A stretch of DNA of 64,000 nt from an uncultured delta proteobacterium (GCA_963708295.1 CAVPSJ010000013.1:96001-160000); one strand, 5' to 3'; positions 32,501 to 41,969 are shown, counted from the first letter of the stretch. Notes: a model not told the origin generated them from the letters alone. Made by a program: numbers and translations.

Positions 32501-34756
32501 ATGAAACAGGTAGGGATTGAGATTCCCAAGGTTGATGTTCTGGAGAAGGCTTTGGGTGAGGCAAAGTACGGAGCAGATTTGCCTTCGAGTAAGCCCCTCC
32601 ACCTGAAAGTCGTCCGAAGCCCGAAGGCCCATGCCCGGGTCGTAAAGGTCGTAACGGATGAGGCGCTCCGCGTACAAGGAGTGGAGCGAGTCTTCACGGC
32701 GAAGGACATTCCAGGGAAGAACCTGATTGGAATTATTACCAAGGATCACCCCGTTCTCGCCTCGGACCGTGTCAGGTTCGTCGGAGACGCCGTTGCCTTG
32801 GTCGTGGCCAGGACAGAGGAGGCAGCCGAAGAAGCAGCCTCTAAGGTGATCGTGACCTACGTGGATCTCCCGGTCATCTCCCGGCCGGAGGAGGCTCTCA
32901 GGCTCGGTGCCCCGTTGATCCATGAAAAGGGGAATCTTTTGCTCGAATTCAACGTGGTGAAGGGTGACGTTCAGGCCGGGTTCAAGGAGGCCGACGTCAT
33001 TGTCGAGGAAACCTACAGCACCACATGGATCGAACACGCTTACCTTGAGCCGGATGCAGGGCTGGCAGACGTGGATGAAGAGGGGCGAGTGGTGGTCACT
33101 TGTCCCACCCAGAATGTCCACTACGATCAAAGAGACGTAGCCACTGTCCTGGGTGTTCCCTTGGAGAAGGTAAGGATCATCCAGTGTGCCACGGGAGGAG
33201 GTTTTGGAGGAAGGCTGGACATTACCGTTCAATGCCTGCTGGCCCTGGCGGCCTTTCAACTCAGGAAGCCCGTCAGGATCGCCTACCCGCGTGAAGAGGT
33301 CTTTCAAGCCACTGCCAAGCGTCACCCCCTGACCATCTCTTACAGGAGTGGCGCCAAAGAAGATGGAAAACTGACCGCCGTTGAGGTTAACATTCTATGC
33401 GACGGAGGGGCCTACGCGTCGTATGGGGTTGCGGTCGCCATCCGCTCTGCCGTGCATGCGACAGGGCCTTATGTCGTTCCTCACGTGAAGGTCAAAAGTC
33501 AGATGGTCTATACGAATAACCCATGGTCCGGTGCGATGAGAGGTTTCGGAGTCCCTCAGATCGCCTTTGCCCACGAATCACAAATGGACCTGCTTGCTCA
33601 GACTCTGAAGATCGACCCCATCGAGATTCGCCTTCGAAACGCTCTGACCACCGGAGCTGAGACAGCCACCGGGCAGACGCTCATGGCGAGCGTTGGGATC
33701 GGCGAGACCTTGAAAAGGATCCGGGAATGGAGAGAGCATCACCCCATCGCTCGTTCCGACCTGGAGAGACCTTACATCAGGAGAGGAGTTGGAGTGGGCT
33801 CGATGTGGTACGGAATCGGGAACACAGGGGTGGCCAATCCTTCGACCGCTCAGGTGGAAATCGATTCAAGCGGCGCCCTTCGACTCTTCACGGGAGCGGC
33901 AGATATAGGCCAGGGATCGGACACGGTCCTGCTTCAGATCGCTTCGGAATCTTTAGGGCTGCCCATCCATGAGATTCATCTCATCCGGGCCGATACTGCT
34001 TTGACCACCGACGCGGGGGCGACCTCAGCGAGTCGCCAGACTTATATCTCTGGAAATGCCATTCTCAGTGCCGTTAAAAATTTGAAACAGGAGGCCATCA
34101 AAGAAGCAAGTCAGCTTTTAAAGATGGATGAAAAGGACCTGTTTTTTGAAGAGGGTAAGGTCAAAGCGAGGACCTGTCTAACCACCTCGATCCCTATACG
34201 GGAGGTGGTTCGAAGAAGCGGTAGGGGACTCCGGGGGGAAGGGCATTTCGATCCGGAAACGACCAAGCTTGATCCAAAAACAGGGCAGGGAGTACCCTAT
34301 GCGACCTTTGCTTTTGCAACCCATCTTGCAGAGGTAGAAGTGGACACAGAGACGGGGAGGGTCAAGGTTCATCGTGTTGTGGCGAGCCACGACGTGGGAA
34401 AAGCGATCAACCCTGGAAATGTAAGGGGCCAGATTACGGGCGGGGTAGCCATGGGGTTGGGGTTTGCTCTGATGGAGGAATTCGTCCCGGGGGAGACCAC
34501 TTCTTTCGTCAATTACCTCATTCCCACATCGAAGGATATTCCCGAGGTTGTTCCCATCCTTGTGGAGGATGCGGAACCGACAGGCCCCTTTGGGGCAAAG
34601 GGAGTGGGAGAACCCGCACTCATACCGACAGCACCAGCGATCTTGAATGCGATTGCAGACGCCATCGGGGAAAGGATCTACCATCTTCCGGCCAACCTGG
34701 AACGGGTGAGGGAGGCAGCGGAGAAGAGTGAGAAACGCAAAGCACATAGCGCATAG
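32501..34756 (+). CDS. ndhL: Nicotinate dehydrogenase molybdopterin subunit (fused L+M)
   Basis: XDH-family motifs HAYLEP, GGGFGG, AMRGFG.PQ and GAKGVGEP; the C-terminal half has GVGSMWYGIGNTG..NP, GAADIGQGS and GATSASRQT, as I recall from E. barkeri NdhM. Confidence 0.88.
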   Translation: MKQVGIEIPKVDVLEKALGEAKYGADLPSSKPLHLKVVRSPKAHARVVKVVTDEALRVQGVERVFTAKDIPGKNLIGIITKDHPVLASDRVRFVGDAVALVVARTEEAAEEAASKVIVTYVDLPVISRPEEALRLGAPLIHEKGNLLLEFNVVKGDVQAGFKEADVIVEETYSTTWIEHAYLEPDAGLADVDEEGRVVVTCPTQNVHYDQRDVATVLGVPLEKVRIIQCATGGGFGGRLDITVQCLLALAAFQLRKPVRIAYPREEVFQATAKRHPLTISYRSGAKEDGKLTAVEVNILCDGGAYASYGVAVAIRSAVHATGPYVVPHVKVKSQMVYTNNPWSGAMRGFGVPQIAFAHESQMDLLAQTLKIDPIEIRLRNALTTGAETATGQTLMASVGIGETLKRIREWREHHPIARSDLERPYIRRGVGVGSMWYGIGNTGVANPSTAQVEIDSSGALRLFTGAADIGQGSDTVLLQIASESLGLPIHEIHLIRADTALTTDAGATSASRQTYISGNAILSAVKNLKQEAIKEASQLLKMDEKDLFFEEGKVKARTCLTTSIPIREVVRRSGRGLRGEGHFDPETTKLDPKTGQGVPYATFAFATHLAEVEVDTETGRVKVHRVVASHDVGKAINPGNVRGQITGGVAMGLGFALMEEFVPGETTSFVNYLIPTSKDIPEVVPILVEDAEPTGPFGAKGVGEPALIPTAPAILNAIADAIGERIYHLPANLERVREAAEKSEKRKAHSA

Positions 34757-34939
34757 CATGAAGAAAAGAAAATGAAAACAGGAGAGCAGAAAGTCCGGGT
34801 CATCCTCTGTGGCCGGCTAGAGCCGGGAGCCCGCGGAGGCCTCCCTTTTGTTAAAGATTTGGCCCAGCTTCAGCTTAGTGACCGCTGCATTGTGTGAATA
34901 CGGTAGCGCCATGCGATTTTAGGTAAATGGAGGAAAGAT

Positions 34940-36103
34940 ATGGCCAAACTGATGATCAAGAATATCGGTGCGATGGTTTCAGGGGATATTTCAAATCCGC
35001 TGTTGAACGCCGACGCCCTAATCATCGAAGGAAGTTTGATTCAAGGTGTGGGGAAAGAGAAAAATTTGGATAGCAAGGGAGTCGATCAGGTCATTGACGT
35101 GCAGGGAATGACGGTGACCCCCGGGTTGATTGATTCCCACTGTCATCCCGTTCTCGGAGATTTTACACCGAGGCAGAAGATGTTGGACTTTATCGAGTCT
35201 TCACTCCACGGGGGGGTGACGACGGTTATTTCGGCTGGGGAGGTCCATCTGCCGGGCAGACCGAAAGATGTTGCGGGAACGAAGGCTCTGGCCATTTTAG
35301 CTGCCAAGTCTTTTTCCAACGCAAGGCCCGGCGGTGTGAAGGTGTTGGGAGGAGCTCTTATCCTTGAGCCTGGCTTGCAGGAGAAGGATTTTGAGGAGCT
35401 GGCCAGAGAAGGCGTGAAGGTGGTTGGGGAGATTGGTTTAGGAGGGGTGAAGAGCCCGAAGGATGCCGCCCCCATGGTCAAATGGGCGAAGAAATGCGGG
35501 ATGGTTGTGATGATGCACACCGGAGGAACCTCCATTCCCGGAAGTACCACCGTTCCCGCCGATGATGTGATCGCCGCTGATCCGGATGTCGTCTCCCATA
35601 TTAATGGAGGCCCCACGGCCATCTCCGTTGCTGAGGCAGAGAAATTAATTCGGAAAACCCCGCTTGCTCTGGAGATTGTTCACTGCGGAAATTCAAAGAT
35701 GATCCTTGATGTGATGAAGATTGTCAAAGAGGTAAAAGCCTATCCAAGGGTCATCATTGGAAATGATGCGCCCTCCGGAACGGGCGTCATTCCTCTTGGA
35801 ATTCTCAGGGTGATCAACTTTTTGGCGTCCCTCTGTGACGTCAAAGCCGAAGAGGCGATTGCCATGGCTACCGGCAATACAGCAAAAGTATATAAGCTCA
35901 ATAGAGGGCGGATAGAAGTTGGTAAGGAAGCTGACCTGGTGATCATGGACGCACCCATGGGATCTGTCGGAAAAGATGCCCTTTCAGCCATCGAAGCAGG
36001 CGACATTCCAGGGATTGCAGGTGTGCTGATCGATGGGATGATGAAAATCGGTGTGAGCAGAAACACGCCCCCACCCCAGCGAAAGATAGTCACCGGTAAA
36101 TAA
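34940..36103 (+). CDS. ena: Enamidase (amidohydrolase family; 1,4,5,6-tetrahydro-6-oxonicotinate hydrolase)
   Basis: IKNIG..VSGDI, PGLIDSHCH, GRPKD.AGTKALAI, MHTGGTSIPGS, SHINGGPT, GNDAPSGTG.IPLG and SRNTPP match the E. barkeri enamidase pattern as recalled. Confidence 0.92.
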   Translation: MAKLMIKNIGAMVSGDISNPLLNADALIIEGSLIQGVGKEKNLDSKGVDQVIDVQGMTVTPGLIDSHCHPVLGDFTPRQKMLDFIESSLHGGVTTVISAGEVHLPGRPKDVAGTKALAILAAKSFSNARPGGVKVLGGALILEPGLQEKDFEELAREGVKVVGEIGLGGVKSPKDAAPMVKWAKKCGMVVMMHTGGTSIPGSTTVPADDVIAADPDVVSHINGGPTAISVAEAEKLIRKTPLALEIVHCGNSKMILDVMKIVKEVKAYPRVIIGNDAPSGTGVIPLGILRVINFLASLCDVKAEEAIAMATGNTAKVYKLNRGRIEVGKEADLVIMDAPMGSVGKDALSAIEAGDIPGIAGVLIDGMMKIGVSRNTPPPQRKIVTGK

Positions 36104-36108
36104 GTGAT

Positions 36109-36213
36109 AAAGTTGAAAATGCCTAAAGTGACTAAAGTTGAAAATGACCGAAGTTCTTAAGACTTCCTTTAGACACTTTAGCTCACTTTAGTTCACTTCA
36201 GTCACTTAAGCTT
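36109..36213. repeat. CTAAAGTGA/TCACTTTAG-type intergenic repeat
   Basis: cctaaagtgactaaagttg ... cactttagctcactttagttcacttcagtcactt. Confidence 0.75.
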
Positions 36214-36242
36214 TTTAACCCAATTTGGGCAACGGGGATTAA

Positions 36243-37799
36243 ATGATGATCGTTGACTGGGAGACTTGTATCGGGTGTGGCTTGTGCGTCGAAGTTTGTC
36301 CTTTGGGAGCTATTTCTCTCGTCGAAGAAGGCAAGAAAAAAGCCTCCATCTCTGATCTCTGCGTCGACTGTCAAGCCTGCGCCAAAGCCTGCCCGAAGGA
36401 GGCTATCGGACCTCCCCCGGAACCAAAAGAAGGAGGCGTGAAGTGTATCTCCTGTCCGATCACCTGTTATATCAAAGCCGGAAGGACAGGAGCCTGTCAA
36501 CGATTTGTCAATCTCGAAGGAGAACTCGTCCGTAAGATTCCCCTTCAGACTTATGAAAACGTCGCAGAGATGGTTGGCGATGATCATGAGGAGGCCATCC
36601 GGAGACCGTTGATCACCGGCATCGGAGCGGGGACCACTTATCCCGATACCAAACCTGCCCCCTATATTGTTCAGTCCAAGTTGAAAGGGATTGATGTGGT
36701 CACCGTCGTCACGGAAGCACCCTTGAGTTACAGCGGCATCAAGGTCAAGGTGGATACGGATCTGCACATGGGCAAGGAGGGGGCACCTGTCCTGATAGGA
36801 AAGAAGAAAGTAGGACACCTCTGCACGGAGGAATACGGGTCCAAGATTCTCTCCTTGGGGGGAGTCAACCTCCTCACTGGAAAAGATGGCATCGCTGTGG
36901 CAAAGCTCATCGTCGATATCGCCAATCGAAGAGAAGTCCGTCTCAAGGTGGACGACGGAGCTGAATTGATTCTTCAAGTAGGCAGGCCTCCTGTCATCGA
37001 TGGTGAAACAGGAAGAAGAATGAGGGTGGGCTGCGGCAGCGCCTCGATGGGTCTTTTCGGTAGATATTTTCTAGGTGCGGCGGATGAAGTGATTGTCCTC
37101 GATGCTCACCTGATCGGACAATTTACCGAGCATGCCGCGGGCAGAGAACTGGGTGCGAAATATAGCGGAATCCATTTGAAAGCGAGACGATCCACTCCGG
37201 GAAGATATTTTGGAGAGCATGGCAGGGGCTGGGGGGGGACGCCGATAGGAGATCCCCTTGAGATCATCAAAGGATTTGACCCGAAGATTGCTATACCCGG
37301 GATGACATTTTTGATCACTGAAACCACAGCGGAAAGAGCAGCGATGTATCGACTGGAAAAGGACGGGAAATTTGAGCAGATCGAATTAACTCCAATGGCC
37401 AAGACGGCTGTGGCCATGATCGCCTCAAACTGCCAGCCATCAAGAGTTTCCGCTGTTTTCATCGGCGGGGGTGGCGGGAGCGCAAGGGCAGGGGTGACCA
37501 AGGTGCCCGTTAGACTCAACCAGGCCATTCATCAAAACCGGGCAAAGTTAACGGTGGGCGGGGCGCCAACCTATATCCTCCCAGGAGGCGGGATTACTTT
37601 TTTGGTCGATGTGGAGAAGGTGATGGTGAGGGCGTTTACTTATGTCCCCACCCCGGCAATGGTTGTTCCCCTCGAATATACAATGAGATTGAAAGAATAT
37701 CTGGAAATAGGTGGCCATAAGGAGAAGATCCGAAGGCTAAAGGATGTCCTGAAGGAGATAGGAGAAAGCTCCAGATCCCGGGCGCCGTTGATGAAATAA
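36243..37799 (+). CDS. hnr: 6-hydroxynicotinate reductase (ferredoxin-dependent Fe-S flavoprotein)
   Basis: N-terminal 2x[4Fe-4S] (CxxCxxCxxxCP twice), C..CP..C....G.C.R, TGIGAGTTYPD.KPAP, VTVVTE, MRVGCGSA, STPGRYF and GGSARAGVT; next to the enamidase. Confidence 0.9.
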   Translation: MMIVDWETCIGCGLCVEVCPLGAISLVEEGKKKASISDLCVDCQACAKACPKEAIGPPPEPKEGGVKCISCPITCYIKAGRTGACQRFVNLEGELVRKIPLQTYENVAEMVGDDHEEAIRRPLITGIGAGTTYPDTKPAPYIVQSKLKGIDVVTVVTEAPLSYSGIKVKVDTDLHMGKEGAPVLIGKKKVGHLCTEEYGSKILSLGGVNLLTGKDGIAVAKLIVDIANRREVRLKVDDGAELILQVGRPPVIDGETGRRMRVGCGSASMGLFGRYFLGAADEVIVLDAHLIGQFTEHAAGRELGAKYSGIHLKARRSTPGRYFGEHGRGWGGTPIGDPLEIIKGFDPKIAIPGMTFLITETTAERAAMYRLEKDGKFEQIELTPMAKTAVAMIASNCQPSRVSAVFIGGGGGSARAGVTKVPVRLNQAIHQNRAKLTVGGAPTYILPGGGITFLVDVEKVMVRAFTYVPTPAMVVPLEYTMRLKEYLEIGGHKEKIRRLKDVLKEIGESSRSRAPLMK

Positions 37800-37915
37800 T
37801 TCCAAGTAACCCATAACCAAATTCAAATTAGTCGTTTCACTTATTGAGTTTGGAAATTGGTTTTTGCTGATTGGAGCTAAGGTGGGGTTTGGAGTTTTGT
37901 TAGTGGAATTTATCG

Positions 37916-38797
37916 ATGACGATGCAGGCGGCACAAAGGATTCATCGCACGAATTGTATTCAGACCCTGTCGAACGGAGTTGTCCTGGTCGACTATGGTC
38001 CCATGCATATGTTTATCAGTGCCTCTGAAAATGCAAGACCTCTTGTGGAATTGGCGAAAGAGGGGGCCCATTTCGCCATGGAGGTTCTCGCAGATTTGGC
38101 AAGATTTCTTCCGGTGATCAAGAAAAAAGCGTGGAAGCTTGGGGTTGGGGAGACATACCCGGATGTTGTTCGAAGGATGATCGAAGCGACGAGAAGAATG
38201 GAGGAGCCGGATCTAACTCCCCTCGCTGCTGTTGCTGGAACGGCCTCTGACGTGGTTGCCGATTTCATCTTCCGCAAAGGTGGGACCAAGATCATTGTGG
38301 ATAACGGAGGGGACATTGCGATCCGTTTGAGAGAAGGGGAGGTGGCAAAGGTAGGGGTGAAAACAGAGATTGATGCAGACCAACCGACTTACCTCATTTC
38401 GATCGATTCTACTATGGGAATAGGGGGAGTGGCGACAAGCGGTCTTGGAGGAAGGAGTCTTACCAAAGGAATTGCTTCAGCCGCAACCGTCCTCTCTCCG
38501 ACGGCCGCGGTGTCGGATTCGGCGGCTACGGTGATTGGAAACTTTACCCATGTCGAAGATGCGAATATCGTGAAGTCTCTGGCAGAAAAAATCCAGCCTG
38601 ATACCGATATTGCAGGGGAGTGGGTCACCGTCGAAGTTGGAAGCTTATCTCAGGATAAGATTGAGGAGGCGTTGAAGAACGGTCTGTCGAAGGCGGTCTC
38701 GATTTGCGAGAAGGGATGGATCACCGGAGCCTTGATTGCCATACAAGGCAAAGTGGCCTGGACGGATTCTTTGAATTCTTGGTTGACGAAATTATAA
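37916..38797 (+). CDS. UPF0280 / ApbE-superfamily protein
   Basis: TPLAAVAG..SD, DNGGDIA, GVATSG.GGRSLTKGIA and D.AATVIGN motifs. Confidence 0.85.
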   Translation: MTMQAAQRIHRTNCIQTLSNGVVLVDYGPMHMFISASENARPLVELAKEGAHFAMEVLADLARFLPVIKKKAWKLGVGETYPDVVRRMIEATRRMEEPDLTPLAAVAGTASDVVADFIFRKGGTKIIVDNGGDIAIRLREGEVAKVGVKTEIDADQPTYLISIDSTMGIGGVATSGLGGRSLTKGIASAATVLSPTAAVSDSAATVIGNFTHVEDANIVKSLAEKIQPDTDIAGEWVTVEVGSLSQDKIEEALKNGLSKAVSICEKGWITGALIAIQGKVAWTDSLNSWLTKL

Positions 38798-38872
38798 AAC
38801 ACAAAATGAAATTTCCCTTACCATCCCCTCTCCTCGGGGGGAGGGATAGAGTGAGGGACCGGAGGTGAAAAC

Positions 38873-39451
38873 ATGGAAGTCAGAAAATACGTCATCATTG
38901 TTGAAGAGACCGCGATCGAAGGAGGAAAGAAGGTCGATCCGCCAACTCGCAAAGCTGCTGCCATCGCAGTGATAAAGAATCCCTTCGCGGGGAAATATGT
39001 GGAGAAACTGGATGAACTTGTCGATGTCGGCGAAGTGTTAGGGGGAATCCTTGGGAAGAAGGCTGTCGAGGCGTTGAAGATACCGCCTAAAGATGCTGAG
39101 AGTTATGGGAAGGCAGCCATCGTAGGAGCGGAGGGTGAGCTGGAGCATGCGGCAGCCATCTTACATCCCAAATTAGGAACTCCCTTGAGGGAAGCCGTCG
39201 GTGGAGGAAAAGCGATTATCCCTTCCGCGAAAAAGATGGGAGGTCCCGGAACAGAAATTGACGTCCCTGTCCATTACAAGGATGCAGCATTTGTCCGCTC
39301 TCACTTTGATGCCATGGCTGTGAGAGTCCCGGATGCACCCAGATCCGATGAAATCCTGGTTGTGGTCGTCGTCACGGATTCAGGCAGACCTCATCCTCGA
39401 ATCGGCGGCTTGAAGAAGGAAGAAGCGAAAAAAGAGGACGGGCTGAGATAA
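38873..39451 (+). CDS. 'Amino acid synthesis' family protein (DUF1185)
   Basis: AVIKNPFAGKYV, ESYGKAAIVG..GELEH.AA, RSHFDA, DAPR.DEI and GRPH.RIGG motifs. Confidence 0.88.
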   Translation: MEVRKYVIIVEETAIEGGKKVDPPTRKAAAIAVIKNPFAGKYVEKLDELVDVGEVLGGILGKKAVEALKIPPKDAESYGKAAIVGAEGELEHAAAILHPKLGTPLREAVGGGKAIIPSAKKMGGPGTEIDVPVHYKDAAFVRSHFDAMAVRVPDAPRSDEILVVVVVTDSGRPHPRIGGLKKEEAKKEDGLR

Positions 39452-39531
39452 TCGTCATAGGGTCTTGTGGTCCCGTAGTCTATAAGCGGTTGGATTACAA
39501 GACGATGGGACGGTATGATTCATTATGCCGT

Positions 39532-40602
39532 TTAGATTTTTCGAATCAGATCTTCGATAGCGGCTGAGTTGAGGCCCTTGAGAAAGAGGAAAAGCAACTC
39601 GGCCGTTTTCTCCACATCGGGCCATTTTACCAATTCTGCGGGCGAATGGCTATACCGGCGGGGGATATAGAGTCCGCCGCACGGGATGCCCTTACCCGAG
39701 GTGTGAATGGTGGCGGCATCCGTCCACGTCTTGGCCACATCCTTCTGGTGGGGTATCCCGCTCTTTTCCGCAGTGGTCAGCAGTCTCTTCCGAATCTTCT
39801 TTGAATAGATCGTCCCCCACCCCAAGGCATTGACGTCTACGGACCGGATGATCGGTCCCTTGCCGCATTCAGCGGTGGCTTGTTGAGGCGGGGTGATCGG
39901 ATCGGAGGCCGGAACCGTGTCGACCACGATGGCCATATCCGGTTCGAGTGCTTGGGCGGCCACCTTGGCTCCTCTTGATCCAATCTCTTCCTGGACGGCG
40001 GCAACCAAATAGAGCTGATAGTCTATCTTCTTTGATTTCATTTTCTCCGCCAAATCGATGAGAATGGTGCAGCCCGCGCGGTTATCAATCGCTTTGCTGA
40101 TGATGGACTCTTTGCCAATTTTTTGGAAATTGGGATGAAAGACGATAGGATCTCCGATTTCGATACCCCACCGCCTAACATCATCCTCACTCCCGGCGCC
40201 CACGTCGATCCACAGATCCGAAACGCTGATTGGACGTTTGAGGTCTTCCGGCGTCAAAAGGTGTCGATTTTTCACTCCCACCACACCCGTCAGAATTCCT
40301 CTGTCTGTGCAGAGGTCCACCTTGGTGCTGAGAAGGGCCCTTTCGTCGATTATGCCGTTGAGCTCAAAATAGATAAACCCTTTCGGATCGATATATTTGA
40401 CCAGCAGTCCCACTTCGTCGGAATGGACGCAAACCATGACTGATTTTTTGCCCTTCCCGAGTTTTCCGATGACATTTCCCATCGGATCTACGGAGACATC
40501 CGGGAGTCTTCCCTTCAATTCCGTGGCGATAAACTCGATCACCTCTTCTTCAAAACCACTTCCTCCGGGGATTTGAGCAAGCTTTTCAAAATTTTTGAGC
40601 AT
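39532..40602 (-). CDS. M42-family metallopeptidase
   Basis: HSDEVG, KAIDNRAG, VQEEIG.RGA and YSHS metal-ligand motifs. Confidence 0.9.
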   Translation of the reverse strand: MLKNFEKLAQIPGGSGFEEEVIEFIATELKGRLPDVSVDPMGNVIGKLGKGKKSVMVCVHSDEVGLLVKYIDPKGFIYFELNGIIDERALLSTKVDLCTDRGILTGVVGVKNRHLLTPEDLKRPISVSDLWIDVGAGSEDDVRRWGIEIGDPIVFHPNFQKIGKESIISKAIDNRAGCTILIDLAEKMKSKKIDYQLYLVAAVQEEIGSRGAKVAAQALEPDMAIVVDTVPASDPITPPQQATAECGKGPIIRSVDVNALGWGTIYSKKIRKRLLTTAEKSGIPHQKDVAKTWTDAATIHTSGKGIPCGGLYIPRRYSHSPAELVKWPDVEKTAELLFLFLKGLNSAAIEDLIRKI

Positions 40603-40771
40603 ATTCTCTCCGTGAATCGGTTTGGGATTGGCTGGGAGACCGCCGTCTCATCCAGCAGGGATCAGAATGAATTTTATAATTTATTCCAGATTATTTCAAT
40701 GAATATGATCGCAGGACTGATCTTCCTGGGTGGCATGCGAATGACGATTACGGCATGTTAGAATGGACGAT

Positions 40772-41815
40772 ATGAGGCGGATTCTTCACATCGATATGGA
40801 CGCCTTCTTCTCTGCCGTGGAACAGAAGAGGCATCCTGAGCTGGTTGGAAAGCCAGTGGTCGTTGGGGGTGGGGGAGACCCCACAAAGAGAGGGGTAGTA
40901 TCAACAGCCTCTTACGAGGCGAGGAAGTTCGGAATTTATTCCGCCATGCCTTTGAGGATAGCCCATAAGCTTTGTCCTGAGGCTGTTTTTCTCCCCGTTG
41001 ATTACGAGGAATACTCAAGAGTTTCGGAAGAGGTCAAGGCCATCCTCAGAGAATTCAGTCCGATCATGGAAGACGCAGGAATCGATGAAGCATTCCTGGA
41101 TATCTCATTCGTCGCCGGACCCCTAGAGGAGATCGCCGGGGAGATTAAAAAAAGAATCAAACTTAACACAGGCCTTACCTGTTCTATTGGTATTGCGCCG
41201 AACAAGCTTCTCGCCAAGATGGCTTCGGACATGCAGAAACCCGATGGGTTTACCCTCATTACGGAAGATGATATCCGGGGCCGTATCTGGCCTTTACCGG
41301 TAAGAAAGCTCCGGGGGGTGGGACCAAAGACAGAAGCCTATCTCAAAGAGATGGGCATCCAGACGATTGGAGACCTTGCCTCATTATCCCTGGATAGATT
41401 GACCGAAGAATTCGGCCAATCCTACGGAAATTACCTCTACGAGGCATCAAGAGGGACTGATGAGAGTTCCCTCATCACCCACTGGGAGCCAAAGTCGATT
41501 AGCAGAGAGACCACCTTTGAAAGAGATGTAGACAACTGGCAGGTCATCGCAAAAACTCTTGCCGAACTCACAAAGGAAGTAGCCCTCAACATGAAAGAGG
41601 GGGGCTATCAGGGTAGGACCGTGACCTTAAAAATAAGATTCAACGATTTTAAGACCTACACGAGGGCAAAGACCCTAAGCCGGCATACGGGTTCGGAAGA
41701 AGAAATCAGGAGGGCTGCCTTCGACTGCCTTGGCAGGGTCGAGATCAAGAAGAAGGTCCGACTCATTGGGGTGAGGGTTGGGAGTTTGAAGAAGATCAAG
41801 GAAGGTGAAGATTAA
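40772..41815 (+). CDS. dinB: DNA polymerase IV
   Basis: ILHIDMDAFFSAVE, GVVSTASYEAR, GIDEAFLD, NKLLAKMASD.QKPDG and VRLIGV motifs. Confidence 0.96.
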   Translation: MRRILHIDMDAFFSAVEQKRHPELVGKPVVVGGGGDPTKRGVVSTASYEARKFGIYSAMPLRIAHKLCPEAVFLPVDYEEYSRVSEEVKAILREFSPIMEDAGIDEAFLDISFVAGPLEEIAGEIKKRIKLNTGLTCSIGIAPNKLLAKMASDMQKPDGFTLITEDDIRGRIWPLPVRKLRGVGPKTEAYLKEMGIQTIGDLASLSLDRLTEEFGQSYGNYLYEASRGTDESSLITHWEPKSISRETTFERDVDNWQVIAKTLAELTKEVALNMKEGGYQGRTVTLKIRFNDFKTYTRAKTLSRHTGSEEEIRRAAFDCLGRVEIKKKVRLIGVRVGSLKKIKEGED

Positions 41816-41932
41816 GAGGGAAGGGGTTCTTCAAATTTTTCCTGAAGCTTACTTGATTTACTTCTGCCCGACGCATTTACGTGCCAGTGTTCACCGACAT
41901 AGATCGAAAAGGCGATAACCGAATGAGATAGT

Positions 41933-41969
41933 GGAAAGGCGGAGTTGAGTTTTTCAACTCCGCCTTTCC
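41933..41969. terminator. 16-bp perfect hairpin between convergent dinB and hydrolase genes
   Basis: GGAAAGGCGGAGTTGA-gtttt-TCAACTCCGCCTTTCC. Confidence 0.6.

Noticed and set aside
32435-33325. 296-aa antisense ORF, and the many other overlapping short ORFs in the track
   Set aside because: They overlap well-supported genes and have no recognisable motifs.
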